A DNA stretch of 48,351 bases from Chiloscyllium plagiosum (Eukaryota), in NCBI RefSeq assembly GCF_004010195.1, contig NC_057717.1, positions 69,295,828-69,344,178 of the forward strand, read 5' to 3'. How positions within the stretch are numbered: the first letter of the stretch is position 1; every line of letters starts with the position of its first letter. The translations under genes were made by a program, and so were the position numbers. The notes under the pieces were generated by a model. The model had not been told where the DNA came from. It saw only the letters and a program-made list of their open reading frames with translations, and made no database searches. Shown in pieces: positions 36,801-48,351 of this stretch.

Positions 36801-37006
36801 GTCTTTCTGAGTGTCTGTCAATTGATGTGAAGATTAATTTGCCAGTGATTAACACACTGCCTTTCTTTCCATGATTCATTATCTTCTGATCTCTGTCATT
36901 CTTTCTTCATAATTCCATTATTCTAAACTTTATTCCAGCAACGTTGTCTTTCCCATGGTGTTTCTGAACTTCATCTACATGGATTCTATATCTACTAATG
37001 ATAAAG

Positions 37007-37506
37007 NNNNNNNNNNNNNNNNNNNNNNNNNNNNNNNNNNNNNNNNNNNNNNNNNNNNNNNNNNNNNNNNNNNNNNNNNNNNNNNNNNNNNNNNNNNNNN
37101 NNNNNNNNNNNNNNNNNNNNNNNNNNNNNNNNNNNNNNNNNNNNNNNNNNNNNNNNNNNNNNNNNNNNNNNNNNNNNNNNNNNNNNNNNNNNNNNNNNNN
37201 NNNNNNNNNNNNNNNNNNNNNNNNNNNNNNNNNNNNNNNNNNNNNNNNNNNNNNNNNNNNNNNNNNNNNNNNNNNNNNNNNNNNNNNNNNNNNNNNNNNN
37301 NNNNNNNNNNNNNNNNNNNNNNNNNNNNNNNNNNNNNNNNNNNNNNNNNNNNNNNNNNNNNNNNNNNNNNNNNNNNNNNNNNNNNNNNNNNNNNNNNNNN
37401 NNNNNNNNNNNNNNNNNNNNNNNNNNNNNNNNNNNNNNNNNNNNNNNNNNNNNNNNNNNNNNNNNNNNNNNNNNNNNNNNNNNNNNNNNNNNNNNNNNNN
37501 NNNNNN
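37007..37506. other. Assembly gap (500 N)
   Basis: N run. Confidence 1.
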
Positions 37507-37824
37507 TACTGTTCTCTTTTTGTTTTCATTCCTGTAAGATATCAAGAAGCAATTTAAGATTTTAGTTGGCGAATCACAGATATTTCTAAGAGAAAGAGGA
37601 GGGATTTAGTTCTTCTGGTGCTACGACACGAGATTTGATTAAATAATGATGCGAGGCAGTAGCGATCTTGTTGCGAATTTTCTCTTTGTTCTCAGGTCAC
37701 AAACAGTGGGCTAAGACTAGTATTATTTAATTAAATAAGGATAAATATGAAGGTATGAAAACAGAACTAATTAAAATGAGTTGGTAAATCATTCAAAGAA
37801 ATAATTAATAACGGTGTACGAATT

Positions 37825-40800
37825 ATGAACGCCAAAAAAGAGATTCTTGGATAGAATGTTGTTTCCCTGGAGTTCGGGTCAGGGATGTCACCGATCGGTT
37901 GCAGAGCATTCTGAAAGTGGAGCGTGAACAGTCAGTTATAGTAGTGCATATAGGCACCAATGATAAAAGTAAAAATTGAGATGAGGTCCTGAAAGCAGAA
38001 CTCAGGGAGCCAAGAGAGAAGTTAAAGATGAGGACCTCGAAGGTAGTGATCTCAGGATTGCTACAAATCCCACGTAATGGCCAGAATAGAAATGAAAGAA
38101 TAGGCAGGATGAACACGTGGCTTGAGAGACGGTGATGGAGGGAGAGGATCAGATTTATCGGACATTGGGACCAGTTCTCAGAAATGTAGGACGATTATAA
38201 ATTCATGTCAACACCTGAACCAGCCAGAAACTAATGTCCTTTGTGGAGCTTTTTTTAATGCTGGTGAGGAGGCTTTAACCTAATGTGGTAAGGGGCTGGG
38301 AAAAGGGAAGACTAGTAGACAGTGAGGTGGAAACTATAGACTGTAAGGATCATGAAGTTAGCATTACCAAGGGGAAGAGTAGGCAGAGAGCAAATGAATG
38401 CAAAAAAACTGGCAGTCTGAAGGGCAAACACTTTAATGCAAGGAGGATAGTGAGTAAGGCAGATGAACGTAGGGCTTGAATTGGTGCCTGGGAGTAAAAT
38501 GTTATTATGATCACCGAGAATTGGTTGAAGAAAGGGCATGATTGTCTACTAAATGTTCCAGGATGTGGATGATTGAGACCGGACAGGGAGGGAAGTAAAC
38601 ATTGCCGGGTTGGTGGGGGGGAGGAGTTGCTTTACTGGCTAGGGATGATATCACGTTTGTGCTAAAGAAGGACAGTAAGGAGGACTTGAGCAGCGAGGCA
38701 TTATGGGTAGAGCTGAGGAATAAGAAGGGTGCAGTTTCATTTTTGGGGCTGAACTGCTGGCTCCCCAACAGTGACCGTGAGTTAGAAGAACAAATAGGTA
38801 AACAGATCATTGAAAGATGTGGAGAAAACAGGTTGATGGTGAAGGGAGATTTTAATTTTCCAAACATTGACTGGGGTACACTTAGTGGCAGAAGTCTGGA
38901 TGGGCCACAATTTAAAGGTGCATCCAGTAAACGTTTCTAGAGCAGTATGTCAATTATCCAACGCGGGAAGAGGCCCGTATTGGACCTGATGTTGGGGAAA
39001 GATCCAGGCCAGGTGGTAGACGTTGCAGTGGGGGAATTTCTCTGGGAACAGTGATCACAATTCTGTAAGTTCTAAAATACTGGTGGACAAAGATGAGAGT
39101 TGCCCTCAGGGAAGAGTACTAAACTTGGCCCATGCCAATTATATCAAAACTCGGCAGGGGCTGTGAAATGTGGATTGGGAGTCGATATTTGAAGAGAAGT
39201 CCACATTTGACATGTGGGAGGCTTTCAAAGATAAGTTGAAGATAGTGCAGGACAGGCATGTCACTTTGAAAACAAGGGATCGGAAACGCAAGATTCGTGA
39301 ACCTTGGATGACAGGAGTAATTATGCGACTAGCCAAGTGGAAAAAGGAAGTGTACATAAAGTCCGGGCAACTAAGAACGGAATGGGCCTTGGTGGTATAT
39401 CAAGAGAGTAGAACCAATCTTAAATGAGGAATGAAGTGAGCTAAAAGGAGTCATGAAATAACTTCAGTGAACAGAATTAAGGAAAATCCCAAGCTATTTT
39501 ATTCATATATTAGAAACAATAGGGTAACTATAGAAAGTGTCGGTCCTCTAAAGGATAAGGAAGGAAGGTTGTGTGTTGAACCTGAGAAAATGGGTGAGAT
39601 TCTCAATGATTACTGTGCATCATTGTTCACTGAGGAGAGGGACATGTTGAATATTGAGGTTAGAGATAGAAGCTTGTTTACTCTGGATCACATTGACATT
39701 AGGAGGGAAGATGTGTTGAGTAGGCTAAAGAATGTTAAGGTGGATAAAGCACCAGGAGAGGAGGGATCGATCCCAGATTGTTGAGGGAGGCAAGAGAATT
39801 GCTGGGGCCCTGACAGATATCTTTGCAGCATCCTTAAACACAGGTGAGGTACCGGAGGACTGGAGGGTTGTTCATGTTGTTTCCCCTGCACACGAAGTGA
39901 AGTAGCGATATTCCAGACCAGTGAGCTTGACGTCAGTGGTGGGAATGTTGCTGGATAATGTACTGAGGGATGAAATCCATTAATCTTTGGAAAAGAATAG
40001 GATTATCAGTGATAGACAATGTGGTTTTGTGTTGGGGAGATTGTGCCTTACCAATTTAATAGAGTTGTTGAGGAAGTGACCAAATTGATATATGAAGGAA
40101 AGGCTGTAGATGTCATATACATGGACTTTAGTAAGGCGTTTAATCAGGTTTTCAATGGTAACCTAATGGCGACAGTGAAGTCACATGGTGTGCATGGTGT
40201 TCTAGGTAGGTGGATAAAGAACTGGTTGAGAAACAGGAGACAGGGAGCAATAGTTGAAGGGAGCTACTCGAAATGGAGAAGGTTGGTCAGTGGTGTTCCA
40301 CAGGGATCCGTGCTGGGGACACTGTTGTTTGTGATATGCAAAATGATCTGGAAGAGGGCATTGCTGCTCCGATCAGTAAGTTTCCAAATGACTGGAAGAT
40401 TGGTGGAGTAGCAGAAAGCATAGGGGATTGACAAAGAACACAGAAGAATACAGTTAGACTGGAGAGTTGGGTGGAGATGTTACAGTTGGAGTTTCATCCA
40501 GGCAAATGTGAGGTGATGCATTTTGGGAAGTCTAATTCTAGAACAAACTAGACTGAAAACGGAAGAGTCTTGAGGAAAGTTGATGATCAGGGAGTTCTGG
40601 GAGTTAGGTCCATTGTACCCTCAAGCTGCCTGCACAGGTGGATAGAGTTGTCAAGAAGGCATATAATTTGCTTGCCTTCATCGGCTGGGGTATTGAGTAT
40701 AAAAGCTGGTAGGTCTTATTAAAATTGTACAAAACATCGAGGGCCCAAGGGCCTGTACTGCGCTGTATTCTTCTATGTTCTATGTTCTATGTTCTATGTA

Positions 40801-41135
40801 CTCACGGTGGATAGAGATAAGCTTTTTCCCAGGGTGAGGGATTCAGTAACGAGAGATGACGCATTCAAGGTGAGAGGTGAAACGTTTAAGGGGGATACAC
40901 GCGGGAAGCCCTTTACACATAGTGTGCTCGGTGCCTGGAAGGCGTTGCCAGCAGAGATAGTAAAGGCAGGCACGGTAGATTCATTTAAGGTGGGTCTGAA
41001 CAGACACATGAGTAGGACACAGACTCTTAGGAATTGAGCGATAGGTTTAGATAGTGAAATTGGATCAGCACAGGCTTGGAGGGCGGCAGAGCCTGTACCT
41101 GGGCTGTTAATTTACTTTGTTCATTGTTCTTCCTT
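37825..41135 (+). mobile_element. Duplicate of the long CR1 relic at 21860-25300
   Basis: Collinear, with shared inactivating lesions (e.g. AAAAATTGAGATGAG and CTGTGAAAT stops). Confidence 0.92.
40736..40796 (+). mobile_element. Extremely 5'-truncated LINE 3' tip with (TTCTATG)n tail
   Basis: ATCGAGGGCCCAAGGGCCTGTACTGCGCTGTA..TTCTATG x4. Same family as the minus-strand copy at 35555-35610. Absent from duplicate copy 1. Confidence 0.85.
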
Positions 41136-42665
41136 GTGTAGTAATGGACATTAAAGTAGATATTTCAGAATATGCCGCAGAGATCATTTCTGCAGTGTAA
41201 GAAAACAAAACCCAAAGAAAACAATCACAATCCATGTTTCAAAATAAAATATCGGCACCAAACTGAGCACAAATCTATATTATTGCACACTGATGAGGGT
41301 AGTCCAGAAGATTTGACAGATATAGGAAAGTGGAAGAATATAAGTTTAACAAGGAAGCAAGTATCAGACTAAAAGTTGGGGTTAGCTAGTTAGATTAAAT
41401 AGACAGAGATATTACTGACATGCTTTAAAATATAATTAACAATATGGACGTTGGTGTTGTGGACATTGAGTCAGTGAAACGAGCAACAAAAAGGAAATGG
41501 TCAATTCGTTGTATAGGTACATTGCGACAGTCCTCGACATCAGAAATGGGTGGAAAATCAGGAAAACCAAAGAAGGTTGAGATAGAATTAAAATTATAAT
41601 CGCCAGTGAAGCGTTCCTGTTAAAATAGTTGTAGCCCAGATAAGGGTTCAACTTCATGCTCGGAATATTAACAGAAAAGTGACTCGCAAAATGTTTCATG
41701 CATTAGTTTTTATTTTCCAAAATCAGGGAATGTTCTATGAGATTGGAACATTGTGAATTGAAATCCTTCAATAAAAGGGAGAGATACAGAAAGCAGAAGC
41801 TACTTGACAGTTAAGTCAGCTTCTGGCATAAGGAGTAAGATAGAAACTATTATCAGGAACGGTCAAGTTAATCAGATGGAATCAATATGACTTTGTAATG
41901 AAAAAATCATGCCTGCAGTTCATTGCAGATTTCTGACGAATTTCAGCGTGTGGAGTTGATAAAGGAGTAGCAGTTCATGTAATGTATTTAGATACAGGAG
42001 TAATTGAAACATATAAATATTGATCAGGAGTAGGCTATACACATCACCGAGCTTGTCCTGTGATTCAATACAATCAGGGCTAATAAAAGTCTAATGAACT
42101 TTCACAGCACTCCCTCTGTGGTGATAATAGCTTTCCAGACATAAGGAAAACTTAATTGCACACCGTTCACCAATTGTGGTCTCCCCAAACTCCTATGCAA
42201 ATAAAGCAAAGCTTCCTTGCTCCAGTGTTCAAATGATCTTGTAGTAAGTGCTAACATTCCATCAATCTTCCAAATGTGGATTGAATAAAGGGTCACATCA
42301 AACATTTTTCTGGTGGATAATTAAACAACTCATCGGAGGGGTAGGCTCCACAGATATTTCTATCGTCCCTGATGGAGAGTACAACATATCAGTGTAAAAG
42401 TTAAGGCTGAAGCATTCACAGCAATCTATCGTCAGAAGTGCCAATTGTACGATCCATCTCAGCTTCGTCCAATTATCAGCAATATTACAGATACATGTTT
42501 TCAGCGAATTCGCTCCTCTCCACGTGATAACAAGACACTCTGGGGAGCACTGCTTACTCAAACATTATGTAGCCGACAAAAATACCGATGGATTGAGCGA
42601 GGCAAACACTTCTAATGTAGCTGCAACACTGGCAAAAATCCAACAGTGTGTAAAATAGTTGAAAT

Positions 42666-42885
42666 GTGTGGTGCTGGAAAAGCGCAGCAGGCCAGGCAGC
42701 ATCCGAGGAGTACGAGAATCGACGTTTCAGGCATAAGCCCTTCTTCAGGAATCAGGACTTCTGAAAAGGGCTTATGCCCAAAACGTCGATTCTCCTGCTC
42801 CTCGGATGCTGCCTGGCCTGCTGCGCATTTCCAGCACCACACTTTTCAACTCTGGTCTCCAGCATCTGCAGTCCTCACTTTCTCC
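42666..42885. mobile_element. Head-to-head inverted PLE pLTR pair (duplicate of 26845-27062)
   Basis: Inverted arms 42666-42749 / 42761-42842. Confidence 0.82.
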
Positions 42886-45142
42886 CAGTGTTGGAAAGAG
42901 GCAAGGCACGTCCTGAGCACAGAAAACAGGACAATCCAAACTGACCAATTTCTGCTCCCATGTTGGGAGTGTGAAAATGCCATCAACAGAGCAATCAAGC
43001 AGCACTGGCTCAGCAATAACCTGCTCCGTGACATGTAATGTGGGTTACACAAGCTCCACTCAACTCCTGACCGAATTCCACACTTGATTTAAGCATAGAC
43101 AAAGAACTGAGTTCCTGAAGTGTGGGCAGGGCGACAGCACTTGACTTAAAAGTCACATTCGCCCGAGATTGATATTACAGTTCCCGACGAGAACTGGAAT
43201 CAGTGAGTATCAGCTGACAAACTCTCTACTGCCTAGAGTCGCACCTCATACATTGAAAGATGGATGTGATTGTTGGAGGTCAATCGTCTCTGCTCAAGAA
43301 CATCTCCATTAGAGTTCCTGAAGGAAGTATCCTTGGCCGAAGCATCTTCAGCTGTGTCATCAATCATCTTCCTTTCATCATAAGACCAGAATTGAAATCT
43401 GCGCAGATGATAGCACTTTTTATGACACCTCGTACATGGAAGCAGTATACCTTCAAATGTAACAATATCAGGACAATATCCGGAATTGTACTGACGAGTA
43501 ACATTGACACAACTTCCAGACAATAAGAGATAATCTAGCGAAAAGGTCTTGACATTCAATGGTGATACCATCATTGAACCCCCCTATCAACATGCTGGGT
43601 TTTATCGTTAACTAGAAACTGAACTGGACATTCCATATAAGCACAATGGTTAGAAGAGCAGGCCAGAGGCTAGGATACTGTGGCAAGTAATTCACCCTCC
43701 TGATCCCCAAAACTAATTGACTCTCTAAAAGGCATAAGTTAGGAGTGTGATGACACAACTCCCCACTTGACTGGATGGGTGCAGCTTCAGCCACATTCAA
43801 GATGCTTGACATCATCCAGGACAAAGCATCCCACTTCAGTAGTAGCACTCTCACAAGCACACATTGCCTCCAAATCTGATACTCAGTACCTGCAGTATTC
43901 AGTATCTAAAAAAGACACTGCAGTAATTGACCAACATCCTTAGACAGTACCTTCCAATGACCACTTCCATCTCGAAGGAGAAGAACAGCAGATATATGAG
44001 AACAGCAATACTTGAAAGCTCATCTCTAACCCACTCAGCATCCAGACGTGGAAATATTTCATCGATCCTTCACTGTGACTGGATCAAAGCTCCAGGAATT
44101 CCCTTCTAAAGAACATTTTGGACCACAGCATTTCAGAAAGGCAGATTATTTTGATCTTCTGAAGGACACATATAGACGGGTAATAGCGCTCACTGTGTCG
44201 CATAGGTCAGTCACAAAACAAAATCCTTGAAGTGAACATATGAGTTCAATAAAGTGATTAAGCAGGCACTATGAATACTTGATAAGCAACCGAAAGTTCT
44301 AGACTTAGAGTTCAATCTCTACCATGGTAGCTTCAATTCATTGAAGGATATGAAATGAAAATTCTGGTGTAATGAACGATGATCATGGACTTTCCAAAGT
44401 TCTGAAGCAAGTTCCATGGCTCAGTATTGTCCTTCAGGGGACGCCTGCCCTTCCGACCTGATCTCCCCACCCTATTCAACAATAAGGCGCTTGTGCCTTG
44501 CATGTGGCGAACGTGACTCAGAAGCCAAACATTTGTATTAAAGTTTCTTCAGAATGATTAACCATAATTAGTCTAGCAAGATAGCAGACTTTCGAAAAGA
44601 TAGCTGACGACAACATTGGGATATGTGACTAACATTTTTATATTTCAACCAGGAACTCAACACGTGCAAATTATGGGGGAGCATGGAAATCTGAACGGAA
44701 AACAGAACAGAAATTTGGGAATCATGTACCAGGTGAATCAAGTTCTGCAGCCAGAGCATCAGATACAGATTTTAGATTGATTATTGGATGCAAATTCTCC
44801 TGTGATGGTGCCAGTATTCCACTCCAATGTTTATTCGTGATATAAAGTGTCAGATTTATTGCATTTCTGTTTGTGAGAGCTTTCTCAGTGCATTTCCAAC
44901 ATTAGGCTCAGAGTGGTAATATCACTGGAACAGTATTCCAAACTCCAGTTGGACATTGAGTGGACAGGAGGTGGATACACCATTTGCCAAGGGGAAATTT
45001 GAATTCAAAGTAATCCTGGAATCAGGAAAGAAAATGGTGACAAGATAACCACAGTCAATGGAAAAAATACTAAAACAGCTGGTTTACTAATTACCATTAG
45101 AAAATCCGTCTATCGCCTTTACCTCATCAGCCAACATCATGG

Positions 45143-45415
45143 ATGTGGCTCAGTTGTTAGCACAGCTGCCTCACAGCGCCAGGGTCCTGGATTCGATCCC
45201 CACACCCCCCACCCCCCAACCCCGTCTGTTTAGAGTTTGCACATTCTCCCTGTGTCTGCGTGGGTTTCATCCCACAATCCAAATGGGCCATGCTAAATTC
45301 CCCACAGTGTTAGGTGCCTCAGTAATGGGTAAGAAAATGTAGGGAGATGGGTTTCTCTTCGGAGGAGTGGCCTGGACTTGTTGGGCCAAAGGGCCTGCTT
45401 CCACACAGTAGAGAA
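45143..45415 (+). mobile_element. HE1 SINE (duplicate of 29335-29600)
   Basis: Same motifs, collinear with copy 1. Confidence 0.85.
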
Positions 45416-46519
45416 TCGAATCATCAGAATCCGCACCCATTTTCAGGTAATTGATGATTTCTGAAGTGGCATTCGCAAGTGACACAGTGTGTAATTAGGG
45501 AGAGGGTCCCATCGATGACTGAGCCAGCAACATCAACGTTTTATGAAAGATTAAATGAAAATATAAGTGTGACTAAATCTCGCAACAACAATATCGATTA
45601 GATGAAATTGTTGTGGCAGTTCTTGATCTTATTTCAACTATTTTATATGAATATTCTAAAACGCATTTTGAGCTATGTTGCATTATTGGAAATTTTACTG
45701 TCTAAAAGGACGACAATATAAATCAACGTTCAAAGTGGATCCAATTTGAGAGAAATGTTTCATTGCATGAACTTCCAGAATTCAAATATTAAGCTAAAAT
45801 GTTAAATTCTGTTTATCTTCCAGATATAAATAATATCTGTTGCAATTGATAGTCATGAAATTTGCATTCACTTCTGCAAACGGTCAACATTCTTCAAATA
45901 AACTTGTTTTGATTTGAAAGTTATCATTTGAAACTCCGTTCATCTGGCTTTACTGTTATCAACTCTGCTTTGAAACCAGTGAAGCCCTTATGTAAATAAA
46001 CACAGAAATAGAACTCTCAGAATAGATGACAGAACAACAAAACCCCAGGTTATATTTCCCCACAAGCACAGCACACAAATAATGGTAAATATACAAATAA
46101 AACAATGGATTTTTAAAAATTATTATTCATTTGTGGGACCTGGCCATCTCTTGGCTGGCTGGCATTGATCCCTACTTGCCCTCGAGAAGGTGATGGTCAG
46201 CTGCTTTCTTGAATCGCTGTTGAGGATTGACCCATTATGCCGGTAAGGAGGGAATTTCCATACTAATTGATGTTAGTCCCTTAAAATATTCAAGTTGTCT
46301 GATTCTAAAATCACAGTGATATCAATTTCCATGTTTAGTCCAAAAAAACCTATAATTTCGAGATTGATTGGTACAGCTGACGTTTCTTGCTCTGTCTCTC
46401 TTTCGCTTTTCCACTCCTGCCTTTCCCCATTTTTTATATCTGATGCCGTGTTTTGCATTTCCACAACCAGACAACGTTTTCTTAAAAGCATGAAGTCAAC
46501 GCCTTACCAATATATTGGC

Positions 46520-48110
46520 TCATAGAGTCATAGCGATGTCCAGTGTGGAAACAGACCCATTGGTCAGACTCGTCCATGCAGACCAAATATCCCAACCCAA
46601 TCTAAATCCCAGCTGCCAGCACTCGACCCATATCCCTCCAAACCCTTCCTATTCATAAATCTATGTCGATGCCTTTTAAATGTTGCAATTGTACTTGCCT
46701 CCACCACTTCCTGTGGCAGCTCATTCCATACACGTACCACCCTTTACGTGAAAAGGTTGCCCCTTAGGTCCCTTTTACATCTTTCCCCGCACACCCTAAA
46801 CCGACACCATCTAGTTCTGGACTCATCCACCCAGGGAAAAGACTTTTTCTATTCATCTTATCCATGCCCCTCATGATTTTATAAACCTCGATGAGGTCAC
46901 CCCTCAGCCTCTGACGCTCCAAGGAGAACAACTATAACCTATTCAATCTCTCCCTATAGCTCAAATCCTCCAAACCTGGCTACATCCTTTTAAATCCTTT
47001 TTGAACCTTTTTCAAGTTTCACAATATCCTTCCCAAAGGAAGGAGACTAGAATTGCATTAAATATTCCAAGAGTGACCCTAATTAATGTCCTGTACAACA
47101 GAACGTGACCTCCCAACGCCTGTACTCAATACTCTTACCAATAAAGGAAAGTATACCAATCGCCTTCTTCACAATCCTACCGACTTGCGACTCAGCTTTC
47201 AAGGAGCTATGAAACTGCACTCCAAGGTCTCTTTGTTCAGCAACGCTCTCTAAGACCTTCCCATTAAGTGTATAAGACCTGCTAAGATTTGTTTTCCCAA
47301 AATGCAGCACCTCGCATTTATCTGAATTAAAATCCATCTGCTACTGCTCAGACCATTGGCCCATCTGATCAAGATCCCATTGTAATCTGAGATAAGCTTC
47401 TTCATTGTCCACTACATATCCAATATTGGTGTCATTTGCAAACTTACTAACTATACCTCTTATGCTCGCATCCAAATCATTTATATCAATGATGAAAAGT
47501 AGTGGACCCAGCACCGATCCTTGTGGCACTCTACTGGTCACAGGCCTCCAGTCTGAAAAACAACCCTCCACCACCACCCTCTGTCTTCTACCTTTGAGCC
47601 AGTTCTGTATCCACATGGGTGGTTCTGCCTCTCCTCTGAGAGATCTCACCTTGCTAACCAATCTCCCTTGGGGAACTTTGTTGAACGCCTTACTGAATTC
47701 CATATAGATAACATCCACTGCTCTCGTCTCATCAATCCTCTTGGTAACTTCTTCAAAAAACTCAATCAAATTTGTGAGACTTGATTTCCCACGCATAAAG
47801 TCATGTTGACGATCCCCAATCAGTCCTTACCTTTCCAAGTACATATACAACCTGTCACTCATAATTCCCTCCAAAACCCTTCCCACCACCAATGTCACAC
47901 GCACTGGTCTATAGTTCCCTGGCTTGTCCTTACCGTTTCTTAAACAGTGGATCCACGTCAGCCAACCTCCAATCTCCCGGCACCTCACCTGTGACTATTG
48001 ATTACACACGTACCTCAGCAAAGGGATCAGCAATCACTTCCTTAGCGTCCCATAGAGTTCTAACCTACACAAGGTCAGGTCCTGGGGATTTATCCACTTT
48101 TATGCGTTTA
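46520..48110 (-). mobile_element. CR1/HER1 LINE 3' ~1.6 kb
   Basis: RT ORF 47341-47796 (VTSRVPQGSVLGPLLFII..KFANDTNI); tail CATAGAGTCATAG at 46521. Confidence 0.92.
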
Positions 48111-48196
48111 AATGTCAATTATAAGGAATCGGAAGCGGGCAATTTTGTCAATGGAGTTTTGTCTTCTAGTCAATGACGTTGTGGTTGGACTGATAA

Positions 48197-48351
48197 GTTG
48201 AAACTTTATTGCTGGAACAGCACAGCAGGTCAGGCAGCATCCAGAGAACAGGAGATTCGACGTTTCGGGCACAGGCCCTTCTTCAGGAATGAGCAGAGAG
48301 TGTTCAGCAGGAGAAGATAAAAGGTAGGGAGGAGGGACCTGGAGGAGGGGC
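48197..48351 (-). mobile_element. PLE 3' pLTR, young insertion running off the window edge
   Basis: GCTGGAACAGCACAGCAGGTCAGGCAGCATCC..GACGTTTCGGGC. Not present at the homologous site (31108) of copy 1. Confidence 0.75.
48255..48290 (-). ncRNA. Minimal type-I hammerhead ribozyme motif (intact core)
   Basis: AUUC-CUGAAGA-A-GGGC-CUGU-GCCC-GAAAC-GUC^-GAAU: 4-bp stem I, 4-bp stem II, conserved core boxes. Confidence 0.75.

Larger units (their letters stand above)
37507..48196 (+). repeat. Segmental duplication, copy 2 (left end hidden by gap, right end interrupted by PLE)
   Basis: Starts TACTGTTCTCTTTT as at 21542 and ends GACGTTGTGGTTGGACTGATAA as at ~31108. Confidence 0.95.

Overview
Repeat-rich vertebrate DNA, almost certainly from a cartilaginous fish (shark): HE1-type SINEs, HER1/CR1-type LINEs and a cluster-type IgH locus. 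Three assembly gaps interrupt it (16818-17687, 19340-20286, 37007-37506). The only host gene is one germline IgM-type heavy-chain minilocus on the minus strand: leader 10897-10849, V 10722-10418, D1 9991-9978, D2 9603-9590, J 9185-9138. Its RSS pattern is 23 | 12-D1-22 | 12-D2-12 | 23. The V is an intact ORF, but the J encodes GGQG instead of WGQG and has a weak splice donor. I see no C-mu exon in the 9.1 kb downstream, so the cluster may be decaying, light-chain-independent or a VH/D donor for TCR-delta chimeras. The rest is decayed CR1-like LINEs, HE1 SINEs, Penelope-like element (PLE) fragments with minimal hammerhead ribozyme motifs, a ~46-bp minisatellite, and a ~10-kb segmental duplication (21542-31108 vs 37507-48196). 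Comparing the two copies reveals individual insertion and deletion events. All alignments were done by eye and repeat boundaries are approximate.
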